From: Eledone cirrhosa
Taxonomy: Eukaryota
NCBI GenBank assembly: GCA_964016885.1
Contig: OZ024754.1
Span: 5,518,001-5,582,000 of the forward strand
Direction of reading: 5' to 3'
DNA: 64,000 bases
Of the stretch, positions 1 to 13,521 are shown piece by piece; the first letter of the stretch is position 1; each line of letters begins with the position of its first letter. Under the pieces are notes generated by a model. It made no database searches. It was not told the DNA's origin and saw only the letters and a list, made by a program, of their open reading frames with translations. Made by a program: the position numbers and the translations under genes.

Positions 1-332
1 TTCATGAACAAACAAACAAAAAAAACAGACAGGAATACAAATCTCTATATCTCTATATATACAGTATAAATATGTGTAATATGGAAAACCCAGGCTCAGC
101 GATGCATCGGAACACAATTTATTACTTATTACAATTGTTTCGCCGGCGAACAGTTCGTGGTGCGATCTGTTTGTGGATCGAACCTGACTCTGGATTCGCA
201 AGTTCCTCCGATACGTCTAGTGATTTCGAAGCACAACCTCTTTCTGTTTTCCATATTATCAAACTCCGCTCTGAAGGTGCATAGAGGGCTCACACGGCAT
301 ACCGCCTATGGATGCATTCAAGCAACATTACT

Positions 333-439
<107 letters not shown>

Positions 440-726
440 AGAGAGAGAGAGAGAAAGAGAGAGGTGAGTACAAATGAAAGGTAAAGACGATCAACATACA
501 ACATAGTAGTTGAGAATATTTATATTAACAATATGACTTATCTCTGAATTATCATCGGTTTCCAGATGTAAAGACGTCTGTTTCACCAGATGCATCTGTG
601 TGTCTGTGTTTAAGCATATGTGTGTGTATTTATTCATATGCATGGGCATGTGTTTGTCTCTGTGTGTGTGTATGTGCGTGTGTGTGTACATGTATGTGTG
701 CGCATCTGCGAGTGTACAAGACTCGA

Positions 727-1022
727 GCAACAAAAACAACAACAACAGCAACGGCAACAACAACAGCAACAACAACAGCAACAGCAACAACAACAACAAC
801 AACAACAACAACAGCAACAGCAACAGCAACAACAACAATAACGACAACACCACCACGACCAACAAAAACAACAACAAAACCTACAACCACCGCAGCAGCA
901 ACAACAACAAAACCTACAACAACCGCAGCAGCAACAACAACAAAACCTACAACAACCGCAGCAACAACAACAACAAAAACTACAACAACCGCAGCAGCAA
1001 CAACAGCAACAACAGCAACAGC

Positions 1023-1074
<52 letters not shown>

Positions 1075-1172
1075 ACGACAACACCACCACAACCAACAAA
1101 AACAACAACAAAACCTACAACAACCGCAGCAGCAACAATAACAACGACAACAACAACAACAAAAACAAAAAC
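727..1172. repeat. (CAA/CAG)n array with higher-order repeats
   Basis: Direct reading. Confidence 0.95.
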
Positions 1173-1513
1173 ATCAGCAGCCAATACAAATACACTTATA
1201 GTCAACAAACAAACACATCTATGGCTTGGGCACAAGTGTCCCTTAGCAGATCTGGGTCCTATCCTATCCATTAGAGCCTCACACCACCCCGACGCCACAT
1301 GTCAACTAGCGCCATTCGCTAGCGTATTAGCTTGATTATTTCACAATTCACCCGAGAATTCCAATGAAAATTTCGGTTTGAAAATGCATTAACCAAGTGC
1401 TAGAACAAGCGTACGTAGATAAGCACTTGTCATAGTGTATGCACGCTTCCCATATACATATGCTTCCCATATACATATGCTTCACGTACACTGTATATGA
1501 GTATGTGTATGTA

Positions 1514-1588
<75 letters not shown>

Positions 1589-1626
1589 GTATGCATATAT
1601 ATATATATATGCATGTATGCATATAA

Positions 1627-1677
<51 letters not shown>

Positions 1678-1730
1678 CATATATATATAAATATATGTAT
1701 ATACATATGTATATATATATATACATATAA

Positions 1731-1790
<60 letters not shown>

Positions 1791-2083
1791 GTACTACATG
1801 CTTACATCGATACGTAATACATACATACACATGTGCACAATGTATACCTAGTATATATGTATATGTGTATATGTGTATATGTGTATATGTGTGTGTGTAT
1901 ATAGGTATGTATACAATCTATTATTTTCCAATCCTATATATATATATTGGCTTAGAATGTAGATCAGCATAAAACGGGGGGTGTTTAAAAGCAAACACTT
2001 TCTGATAGTGCATGAGGGCTTGCGGACTTCAAATTGGCTTTCACGTACGAAGAATTCCATAAGAATATTACACACTCACGTAG

Positions 2084-2115
<32 letters not shown>

Positions 2116-2257
2116 ACATACACACAGACACACACATTCACATACACATAGACACAGACACAGAGGCACACACACACACAAACACATAATAACGTAAATG
2201 CGTATGCGTATGTGTGCGAGGGGAGAAGTTTAATTACTTTTCGTATACATTTTGAAG

Positions 2258-2290
<33 letters not shown>

Positions 2291-2774
2291 TGCATATATG
2301 TTTAGATATGCAGATACACGTATATATATATAGCATACATACATAAATACATACATACATACATACATACATACATACATACATACATACATACATACAT
2401 ACATACATACATACATACGTAGATTTGAAAGATAAAGTTTATTTTGCTTGTATTTTACACAGAGGCTAGAGGGCCTGAACGAATATAAGTTAGTTTACCT
2501 CGTGATCTGACGATTTTGACCATTTATAACATTTAGCTTCTAGAGCTAAGCTAAGCTTTGAACATTTTGCTCTCCTGACGAGGGAAAGGAAAATATCTCA
2601 GCTGCTGTCCCTCGGGCAGATTGTCAAATGCATTGACTTGAAAAACAGCCATCGGCGGCCGCTGCATCAACCATTTCACATCGCAGGAAAGATTAGTGCA
2701 TCGAAGGAAAACTGTGGTCCAGGAAACAAGGACATCTGTTGTCTAGATGGTCGCAACACACACACACACACACA

Positions 2775-3339
<565 letters not shown>

Positions 3340-4016
3340 ATTACTGCAGACGAGTCGGCGAAACTGCAGTCTGGAATTTTGAAAAAAATAGGCGATGAGG
3401 TTTTAATGTTCGGTTCGAAAGGAATCAGTTATCATTAGGAAACAAAACAATAGCCCCAGTGTGCCATAGAAATGTTTTCACCATCTTGTCTGTCTAGCCA
3501 GGGGTATTGGGTTCGTCTCTTTCAATCTTCGCTTCCCTGTTTTTTAGTTTTTATTTAAGTTTTCTCCCCCCTACATACACATTTTTATTTATCTCTATCT
3601 TTCTTTCTCTCTTGATGATTAATATTTAAATTTAAAACAAAAAAATACTTTTATAAACCAATTAATCATTGTAATTGGTTTGCAGACCGGGAGAAAATAT
3701 ATAAGTGTGGATGCGATGAAGTTATATGAAGGACGTGGTGGTGTAGTGTAATGGTGTAGAGTTTTGATGGTGTAGTGGTGAAGTTGTGGTGTAGTGGTGT
3801 GGTGGTGGTGTCTTAGAATATATATCTGATTTCTTTAACTCAAAGTGATGCCGCAGCAAACAACTGACGATATTATGGTACATTAGTTCTGACGTATCTA
3901 CATCTATTCTGAGACTGTCAGAGAATTTGATCAACTCTGCAATTTCTTTAATAGATATTGTATTATAAATACATACAACTACACACACACACACACACAT
4001 ACATATGGGTATATAT

Positions 4017-4047
<31 letters not shown>

Positions 4048-4061
4048 AAGAGAGAGAACGA

Positions 4062-4117
<56 letters not shown>

Positions 4118-4214
4118 TATATATATATATATATATATAATCCTATAGACTAAGGATGTATATATGTATGAATATATATATTATGTGTGTATGTATATAT
4201 ATATATAATATATG

Positions 4215-4279
<65 letters not shown>

Positions 4280-4616
4280 ACATGCATATATATATATATG
4301 TATACATGCATATATATATATGCGTATTATGTGTGTATGTGTATATACTTATTTAATATATAATATTATATGTGTATATATATACATATGAGTCTGTGGG
4401 AGGGGTGTATGTGTGTGTGTGTGTCCATATAAATTTGTGTATGTCTCCATCTGTGTCTGTTTCAAAATAAAAATTAGGTGATTCGTGAGATAACATATCA
4501 ATGTGTAAGATTTGTGAGACAATATGTTTGTATGTGGTGTTACGTATCTTAATGGACGTGTATGTATGTATGTAGGTAGGTAGATAGCTATGTATTTATG
4601 TATGTATGTAGTATGT

Positions 4617-5223
4617 CAGGTCACCAGTTGGTGCTACTGGTAACATGTATCCCAGTACAACCTGTCTCATGGTCGGGTCGTTGGCGACTAAACTGGCAAC
4701 CCCACCAAGGTTTCTTGGTGAGGAGGGTAACTTTGGACATCCTGCAGGACTAAAAACAAAACCTGTCAAATGGCAAAGGAGCTCTTAAGAGTCAATGGCC
4801 ATCCAAAATCACCGGGAGAGATGACCCCTTAGCCTTTGTCAAGACAGAATTCTAGGAGAAGGAAATCTCTGATATAACACCTGCAACTCTGATGGTATCC
4901 AATGATGTTGACTTGTTCTTCGTTTTGGTAAATATCATCTTGGTTAAGAGAGTGGGACTGGCTTTGTGCAGTGCCTTTGCTCACTATAAAAGCTTCACGG
5001 CACAGGCATTGCTTTATATCTGGAGATCTCTCTGCACTTGTCGTCACATGGTACCATGGACCCAGCACTATGTGTCAATAATTGTCACAAGTGTAGTGTT
5101 TGTACTAGAGTTTTCAAGTCGCTGGCTGGACTAAAAAGTCACACTTGTTCAGCGCATCGGTAGGGGTTCTCCTACATGGATATAAAGTAGTGGCCGTACT
5201 CGAAAAGGAGTTGGCAGCCACCA
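4617..5223 (+). mobile_element. Non-coding interspersed retro-element embedded in (TATG)n, copy 1
   Basis: Highly similar inverted copy at 48147-48698. TATG arrays on both sides. Confidence 0.85.
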
Positions 5224-6124
5224 TGTATGTATGTATGTAGGTAAGTAGGTTTGTATGCTTGTATGTATGTATGTGTATATGTATGTATGTTTTGTAGGTA
5301 TGCATGTATGTATGTATGTATGTATGTATATATGTATATATGTATGTATGTATGTATGTATGTGTATATGTATGTAGGTAGGTAGGCATGTATGTATGCA
5401 TGCATGCATGTATGTATGTAGGTATGCATGCATGCATGCATGTATGTATGTATGTATGTATGTATGTATGTATGTATGTAGGTAGGTATGTATGTATGCG
5501 TGTTGGGCATGATCTGTGTATGTGTCGTGTGTGTCTATCCGTGTGTGTGTGTGCATGAATGTATGTGAGGGTGGTGGCATTTGTCTGCACTTATGAACGT
5601 AAATGTACTATCAATATGTGTGTGGGGGTGGGTGTGTGTGAGTGTATGTAGGTGTGTGGGTGTGTGGGTGTATGTAGGTGTGTGTTCGTGTGTGTGTGTG
5701 TAGGTTGGTGTACCGTCTTCAGGTTAAACTCCACCGCGTATGGTATCTTATTTCTATCTTTTACAAATTGTTTTGTCTTCTTCTTCTTCTTCTTCTTTTT
5801 CTTCTTCTTCTTCTTCTTCTTCTTCTTCTTCTTCTTCTTCTTCTTCTTCTTCTTCTTCTTCTCACCACCTACCACCAATCCGCCACCCACCACCCCACAC
5901 CACTCATCACCTCCACACCCAAAACAACCACCATCACCAACAACAACAACAACAACAACAACAACACCACACACACTGCCACCACCCACCACTATCACCA
6001 CCCACCACCACCACCACCTCCCGATAGAGAGTGAGAGAAGTTGGAGAGAATGAGGGACAGAGAAATATAGAAAGAGATTGAGAAAGAGAGAGATAGCCTG
6101 AGGCAGAGAGAAACCGACAGACAT

Positions 6125-6183
<59 letters not shown>

Positions 6184-6236
6184 AAGATAGAGGCATAGAT
6201 AGGTAGATAGATAGTTGAGAGAGAGAGAGAAAGATA

Positions 6237-6292
<56 letters not shown>

Positions 6293-6339
6293 TAGATATA
6301 TATAGATAGATATATATAGAGAGAGAAGAGGAAAAAAAT

Positions 6340-6411
<72 letters not shown>

Positions 6412-7073
6412 AAGAAGAAGAAGAAGAAGACAATTAGAGAGACTGAATATATAAAGCGATATAGTGAACATACAGTTTCACTGCTTAGTTCGCTCTCTCC
6501 ACGTCCTATGATTAAAGTGCCACCAGGGTCGACTCAGTACTTTATGAGGCCACTGCCTGGGCCCCCACCACCGCAGGTGACATACAATGTAAGGCGGCGG
6601 GGTGTAATGGTGGGGTGGTGCAGTGGGGATCAATAATATAAGTACATGTGTTATTTAAGAATCAATTCAATCCCGTATATATCTCGTCCTCATCTCACAA
6701 ATACTCCAAAATCAATATTATTTCATTGGTGATAATAGCTTCTTGGTAGCAAAGAGAACTATAGAGTGATATGTAGAGAGAGGGATGATAGATAGATAGA
6801 AGGTGAGAGAGAGAGAGAGAGAGAGAGAGGTTGATAGATAGGTAGAATGAGAGTGAGAGAGAGGGGATGAGAGGGTGTGGGGCGGAGAGAGAGCCGGAGA
6901 GGTGTGAGTACGGAGCAATAGAGAGTACGGGGAAAAGTGAGAGAGGGGAAGAGAGAAAGAAAGAGAGAGAATCACCCCCACTTCTGGTATTTATCCCACT
7001 CGAAAAGATGAAAGATAACGTAATATATATATATATATGTGAGAAGAACCACAGACCCTCCATCTCAATTCTA

Positions 7074-7109
7074 CTTTTGAAAAGCAGAAGAACTGCGAAA
7101 CCGGTAAAG
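7074..7109 (+). ncRNA. Minimal hammerhead with U3-A8 core variant (family H, element ~7038-7180)
   Basis: ctt TTGAAAA gcag-aagaa-ctgc GAAA ccgg TA aag. Confidence 0.7.
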
Positions 7110-7263
7110 GAACCAAATAAATATATATATTTTTTTTTTAAATAAGACTCCAGTTGCATTTTCGATTTCATCTTGTTTACTTTATACTTTCACTCGTGTA
7201 GGACACCTCGGTTATTTTTCATTTTGTAAAAAAAAACCTCACTTTCTAATATATATCTATATA

Positions 7264-7435
7264 GTAACAATGATAAATTTGAAGACTAAAATCCAAAGAG
7301 GGCTCGATAAGGATAAATATATATCAAATATATAAGAACCCCAGAGCAAATATTTATTAAAATAACAGATTAAAGTTTAAGCAAAGAATAGCTGCAATTC
7401 TTTGCTTAAACTTTATTCTGTTATTTTAATAAATA
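7264..7435 (-). mobile_element. Fold-back family D copy (tail on left)
   Basis: ttattaaaataacagattaaagtttaagcaaagaat plus its inverted copy. The tail matches the one at ~60995-61080. Confidence 0.85.
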
Positions 7436-7450
7436 TATATATATATATAT

Positions 7451-7647
7451 ATTTTATAGAAGGAGCTTCTACAGGACTAGTACTGTTTCATTCAGATGAA
7501 ATCTTCAGGAAGCTTCCTGAAGATTTCATCTGAATGAAACAGTACTAGTCCTGTAGAAGCTCCTTCTATAAAATAAAAAATTTTACTCTGCCATGTATTG
7601 AGTACCTTACTTACTGTGGTTATCCCCGACTCAACCCGGGGCCTACG
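7451..7647 (+). mobile_element. Fold-back family E: perfect 62-bp-arm palindrome plus tail, with hammerhead core
   Basis: Centre at 7512/7513. The right arm has CTGAAGA tttcatctgaat GAAAC agtacta GTC. Related pieces at 24419-24531 and ~31160-31190. Confidence 0.8.
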
Positions 7648-7719
7648 TATATATATATATATATATATATATTGAGTTAGACAAGGCCTGGGCAAAAACA
7701 GGCGGACACCTATCAAAGT

Positions 7720-7759
<40 letters not shown>

Positions 7760-7763
<4 letters not shown>

Positions 7764-7990
7764 TATAACAGATTAAAGTTAAAGCAATGAATCGCTGCTT
7801 TCACCCTTAACATTAAGGGTGAAACCAGCGATTCTTTGCTTAAACTTTAAAGCAAAGAATCGCTGCTTTCACCCTTAATGTTAAGGCTGAAAGCAGCGAT
7901 TCTTTGCTTAAACTTTAATCTGTTATTTTAATAAATATGGTTCTTATATATTTGATGTAAATTTATCCTCATCACATTTATTATTATTTC
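7760..7990 (+). mobile_element. Family D four-arm (double) palindrome
   Basis: Inverted-direct-inverted-direct arms centred near 7848, followed by a degenerate tail. Confidence 0.85.
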
Positions 7991-8158
7991 TATATATATT
8001 GTTATACTTTGGGAGGGTCATGTAGCCAATGAAACACACGCACCTGTTGGTTTCACTTCAATTTATTATAAATTTCCGGTTGGCAGGTTGGGTGGTTGTT
8101 TCGATAACCAGATGGTTGTTTATATATTGTTATTATATAAGCTCTTTCGTCACACATT

Positions 8159-8339
8159 CGGTAGTTTGGCAGTATCGGTAGTGTCAGACATCATGCTTTG
8201 CAGCATAGAGCTATGGCCCTTTGTGTTCTGAGTTCAAATCCGCTGAGGTTAACTTTGCCTTTCATCCTTACGGCGTCGATAAAATAAAGTACCAGACAGG
8301 CACTGGGGTAATTGCTGGCCTTGTGACAAAAGTAAAAAC
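8159..8339 (+). mobile_element. tRNA-derived SINE, group 1
   Basis: A-box tggcagtatcgg and B-box gagttcaaatcc. Body ttgcctttcatcc...gataaaataaagtaccag is shared by many copies. Confidence 0.85.
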
Positions 8340-8575
8340 TATATATATATATATATATAACAATTATAGATATGAAGAGAAAATAAACAAAATATACCTC
8401 ATTTGTTATCAAAATCCCGACTGTACAGTTTCGCCGACTGGTATACACCTATCATGCACCTATCTTATAATGAAAGTGTACTAGAGCCTTGAGGTTCTAT
8501 TCCTTCAAATTTTACCGTCAGATTGTTTTTTTATAGCTATCTATATCTATCTTATATAAGTATATATATATATAG

Positions 8576-8865
8576 TTTAAGATCGTAATATGGACAAAAC
8601 AAGCGAAGGACACCTTCGTCAGCTGTTATATGCAAATCATAAATGTTTCGGAACTTAAAATAGAACATAAACAGCGATCAGCAGCGTGCCCAAGGCCTTT
8701 TTTGATGTCCTGTTTTAAGCGCCGAAACATCTATGATATGCTGTTAACAGCTGACGAAGGGGTCCGTCTCGTGTTTCGTCCATATTACCATCTTAAATTT
8801 TGTTTACAGTAACGACACAGCTAAGTATATATATATATATATATATATACTTAGCTGTGTCGTTA
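8576..8865 (+). mobile_element. Fold-back family F (diverged arms) plus a short inverted terminus across a TA tract
   Basis: tttaagatcgtaatatggac...ccttcgtcagctgtt versus aacagctgacgaagg...gtccatattaccatcttaaa. 8810-8825 is inverted at 8850-8865. Confidence 0.75.
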
Positions 8866-9055
8866 TATATATATATATATATATGCACTAGGACGTTGAG
8901 GTTCAATTACTTCAAAATTTCCGTCAGATTTTATTTGTTTATCGCATACCGAAGTTTTCTAACGATTTTAGAGTGCAAAGAGCTTAACTAATGACTACAA
9001 CTAAATTGTCCCAAATTTGGCCCCTCCCACCAATTTAGAACTGCTTCCACCGCCC

Positions 9056-9093
<38 letters not shown>

Positions 9094-9096
<3 letters not shown>

Positions 9097-9233
9097 TACA
9101 GATTAAAATTTAAGTGAAGAATTTCTGCTTTAACCCGATTACGGGTTTATATATATCTTTTTTTTTTTGTTATATAAATATATATGTAATTTTTATTGAG
9201 CCTTCTTCGGATTTTGGTCTTCGTACTTATTAC
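9094..9233 (+). mobile_element. Diverged family D copy
   Basis: Arm cagattaaaatttaagtgaagaat plus tail tattgagccttcttcggattttggtcttc. Confidence 0.6.
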
Positions 9234-9295
9234 TATATATATATTTATATATATATATATATGTGTGTGTGTGTATGTGTGTGTGTGGGGTGGGT

Positions 9296-9386
<91 letters not shown>

Positions 9387-9975
9387 GTTATGTATGACTT
9401 CTGCCCAATGTTTACATAACCTTCAGCCTTTTTTCTCCCCCATTTCGCCTTTCGTTTTACATTTCTTCTCATAATATTTTCAGTTTTCCCTTTCTGGTGT
9501 AAAACACGACGTTTGTTCATTTGTAACCAGTCACCTCCCTCTGTTAAAATAAATATTATACATCTCTAGTCTAAATTTAGCAACAATGTTGTACAAGAAC
9601 AGCTTTGATAGTTGAACTGTAAAAGGTCACCTGTTGTAGAATATTATACTAATACTCTTACTAGAGGATATAATACTGTTTATCCAAGTTTGTCTTTCAT
9701 ACAAATACCATGTTTGGGTAGATTATACGCTACTTTATGTTCACTCATAACATTTCTATTTATTTTCCTATTTTAGTAGAATAGATTTTTAAACTTTAAT
9801 TACTATATAAATACGTTTTACCTGAATAGATTCTACCTGAATGAGTTGTACATGAAATAAAGGGTCTTGTTCAAAAATCAAAAACACAAGGCTTCGCTGA
9901 AAGTCGAAATGCCGAAAGGGTGACGGTGCGATCGTGTGTCGAAAACCCTTAAAACTAACCCACGCGTTTTCACAA

Positions 9976-10031
<56 letters not shown>

Positions 10032-10716
10032 TGAAAGTAAGATTATATATGTTAGCAATGCCAATTAAAAAAGCTTCTCGCCTTCTATCTTGTACCAAGT
10101 AATTGTGTAATTACTAAATAAATTCCTTTAATTCCTGAAAACATTTTACATTTCACATAGTCTCAATTTATAGCAGAAATTTTGACGTCAAATGGTTCGG
10201 GTAATCATTTAGTAAACTGTGATAAGCATTCTGTCGCGCCTTAACTCTTTTGATAACAAACTACATGAAATCAGCCCTCGTTCTTCGATCTTAAATTTCT
10301 GTTTTAGAGGGCTTATAGATACGAAACCATTTTGCTGGTTTGAGTGCTGATGAGGGGGAAGATGTATGCGTATGTAAACTTGTCTTGTACATCGCCTTTC
10401 TTTATTTCCTTCTTCCAGTCACCTCTGTGTGCCAGTGAAATTCTCCTTATCCTCTCCCTCTGTCAATCTTTTCTATATTTCATCAGCCTGTCACCGACCT
10501 TGTGGATTGCCCCTATGTTGACCACTGGTCAATGATCTCTGTCCTCTGAGACATTTTTGCGCATCGTGTGTATGTGTGTGTATGTGTGTGTGCGTGTGTG
10601 TGAGTGTGTGTGTTTTGCTGGACCGGCAATCGCTCTGTATAATCAGCTCGTGCTTATTACTGGAATTCTATAAGAATCCAGCTTCTATAATTTTCGAAGG
10701 AAGCAGGGGAGTGCGT

Positions 10717-10758
10717 GGTTCTGATGAACGCCAACCAGCGTGAAACAGACTGCCAGCC
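10717..10758 (+). ncRNA. Hammerhead-like motif with the cleavage-site U changed to C
   Basis: ggtt CTGATGA acgc-caacca-gcgt GAAA cagactg CC agcc. Confidence 0.55.
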
Positions 10759-10811
10759 TCTCTCCCTTCTTTCGCCGAAAATAAGTAAGTGACATAGTCA
10801 CTACTTTAAAC

Positions 10812-10997
10812 GGTAGATCTCGCGGCACACTTAGGTAGATCTCGCGGCACACTTAGGTAGATCCCGCGGCACACATAGGTAGATTTCGCGGCACACTCAG
10901 GTAGATCTTGCGGCACACTTAGGAAGATCTTGCGGCACACTTAGGTAGATCTCGCTGCACGCTTGTGTGCACTGGCACACTGGTTTGAGAATCACTG
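10812..10997. repeat. 22-bp minisatellite x7 next to a hAT/Charlie-like terminus
   Basis: Unit ggtagatctcgcggcacactta. End gtttgagaatcactg (reverse complement cagtgattctcaaac). Confidence 0.75.
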
Positions 10998-12394
10998 CTC
11001 TAGCCTTACATAAAGATACGTATACTGTACCATGCAATGAATAATAAACAAAATGACGGGAGTCGGACACTAGAACACTTTAATAATAGATTTGTTTGAT
11101 CGGACTGACGTGTATCTAAATAACAACTGCAAGATGAGATCTATACTTCTCACGAGGAAAACTTCACGTGGTTGATACTTTTATTAGAAATTACAGCAAA
11201 GTCTCCCTAAAATCACAACACTCTACTTCCGTAAGAAATGAAAATATACACATTAGCTGCAATCTTTGATATACTAATGTATCTGAAGGACGACGAGAAG
11301 GGGTGTGGTGGGGGACAGATAGAATGCCTTTGAATCAAAGCAGACCGGGAGCGAAACAACAATAACACCAGCAACAACAATCAGAACTAGCCGTAGAACA
11401 TCAGCACTTAAACGGGTGTCAAATTGCTTTAATAGCAAAAAACTCGAAACCGATTTAGGCAGTGGTTTTCTCCTAAAGGTTTATCGCAAATCGGCTGTGT
11501 TCAACACACAAATCGCAGAAATACTAGAAGAGCTATTTGAAAGAGGAATAGAAAGCAAGAGAGTGAGGCGGAGAGGAGAGAGAGGCGGAGAGGAGAGAGA
11601 GGGGGTAGAGAGAGAGAAGGAGGCAGGGACAAAGACAAAGGCAGAGATAGAGACAGCCAGTGAGTGAGAGAGAAAGAGAAGAAGAGAGTGAATATAAAGG
11701 TGCCAATGTTGATTAGATCTTAGTAGTATATTGTGTTACAGCCAGCACAATTCTCCATTAATGTTATCACATTCAAGATGTCGCCTTAAATTGCAGTCAA
11801 TGAATGGAGACACATTTAGTATAGTATGACAATATTTTAAAGGTTGTAGGAGGGATTTATATGTGCAAATTAACGTTCGTTAACAGTCTGTATAAAATAT
11901 TTGTTGGATGAAGGTGGCGATTATAGGTGTGGCGTGTGTAGGGGCAATTTAGGTTCCACATCCCTCTTTATAATATATGAAAAGAAAGGGTATTAGTGTG
12001 GGGGAGGGGGTTATACTCGGGGGCCCAATGCTGTTTATATCGAATGACTTCATAATTACGACAACCAGTAAATATACTCCTATAGCACCTCATAACAGCC
12101 ATCGAATCACACGAAGCAGATTTAGATTTATTTAAGTGTGATTATTGGTTGCAGAAACCTCTTCGTAACCGAAACATGTGTCCTATCTACATACAACAAT
12201 GCACAGACGGTTTTATATACATATATATATATATGTATATGTATGTATATATACCATTTCTCTTAGGTTGTTATATATTTATATATATATATATGTGTGT
12301 GTGTGTGTATGTGCGTGCATGTGTGTGTGTAATTATCAACTACTATATTTCCTTCAGGTGTTGTTACTAGGCTAGAAATTAAGACGAGAATGAA

Positions 12395-12735
12395 GTCTAT
12401 TATATCGACTCCAGTGTTGAATTGATACTGTATTTTATCGATCCGGAGATATGACTTTCATATCTCCGGATCGATAAAATACAGTAAAATTGACCTCGGT
12501 GGGATTCGATCTCAGACGTAGAAATTCTAAACAAAATAACACAAAGTATTTTATCCAATACTGTTATGAATCTACCCCCCTACCACCGTAGCATTCCCAT
12601 CTCCTATAATGATTTCTAATTTAGGCACAAGGCCAACAATTTGTGGGGAAGGAGAAAGCCGATTACATGGAACCCAATAAGTGATCGGTACTTTATTTTA
12701 TCGACCCCGGAAGAATAGAAAGCGAAGCTGACTTA
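12395..12735 (-). mobile_element. Two adjacent diverged group 1 SINEs; the first has an internal inverted duplication
   Basis: The tactttattttatcga.cc motif occurs twice. A further 3' fragment lies at 59598-59662. Confidence 0.7.
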
Positions 12736-13249
12736 CTGCCAATCAAGAGCCCTTGCCAATTACTATAATAATAGCTTTGCTGAGGCAAGATAGAGCTTTG
12801 TGTAATCACTGGAACTTCTAGAAATAGTAGCTAAAATCCCATACATTTATGTCATTAGTTAGTGCGACCTAAGACTAAACAACAACTTCGTCCCTTCAAT
12901 TTTCGTTACTCCTTATTCCTTGTATTATGCATAAGGAGTCGACGATCAAATAAAGTAACAGTAACACGCTGGGGTCAATTTAATTGACCTTCCCGTTCCC
13001 TTTAATTTACAAGTGTTGTCCAAAAATTCTTTGGGAGATTCTGCGTGACGCGTACGTGATAATGCCGGTCCTTTGATTTACAGATAAAATCCATTCATTG
13101 AACTTCCACTCAGTTTCCGTCTAGACACATTCACTAACAAGACATCACGTCGAACTAAATAAAATTTGCCCAAGATATCATGCTCTGGGATCGAACCCAA
13201 CAATGATTACATAGGTACAGGAATATGTTCACGATTTGTCATTCCTCCC

Positions 13250-13521
13250 GCGCATATCTGTCCTTGTTTGTAAAAGGAGAGCAAGATTTGCTGACCACTG
13301 CCATCGTGATACCTATGAGACTGTGTCCCCCATTAGCGCTTTGGAAACCACAAGCAGTCACTAAAAACAGGGGGCGCAAGCTCTCCTACCCCGATGTCAT
13401 CTCCAGAGATTCTGGTATTGAAATCCAAGAATTTTCAGCGGCAATGAAAGACAGACCCACGTGGAGATCAATTGATGAGTCGATTTCAGCTGAGGCCACC
13501 GGATGATGATGATGATGATGA
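13250..13521 (+). mobile_element. RTE-like LINE 3' fragment (frameshifted)
   Basis: RRARFADHCHR, then LWKP...RGRKLSYPDVISRD...AMKDRPTWR*, with a (GAT)n tail. Confidence 0.8.

Noticed and set aside
77-258. 13-bp inverted repeat taatatggaaaac/gttttccatatta in a TA-flanked island
   Set aside because: Possibly another old fold-back element, but the interior arms do not align and no ribozyme core is visible.
598-1335. Mucin-like Thr-rich / Asn-rich ORFs
   Set aside because: Open in most frames on both strands because of (CAA)n; no splice or domain evidence.
4829-5134. Duplicated ORFs (also 48236-48541) as a gene pair
   Set aside because: They lie within an interspersed repeat, are open on both strands and have no recognisable domain.
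8159-8240. tRNA genes
   Set aside because: The A/B boxes belong to SINE heads; no cloverleaf can be formed.
9896-9956. CTGAAAG...GAAAgggt...acccTT hammerhead-like string
   Set aside because: Core is non-canonical, and stems I and II are not supported.
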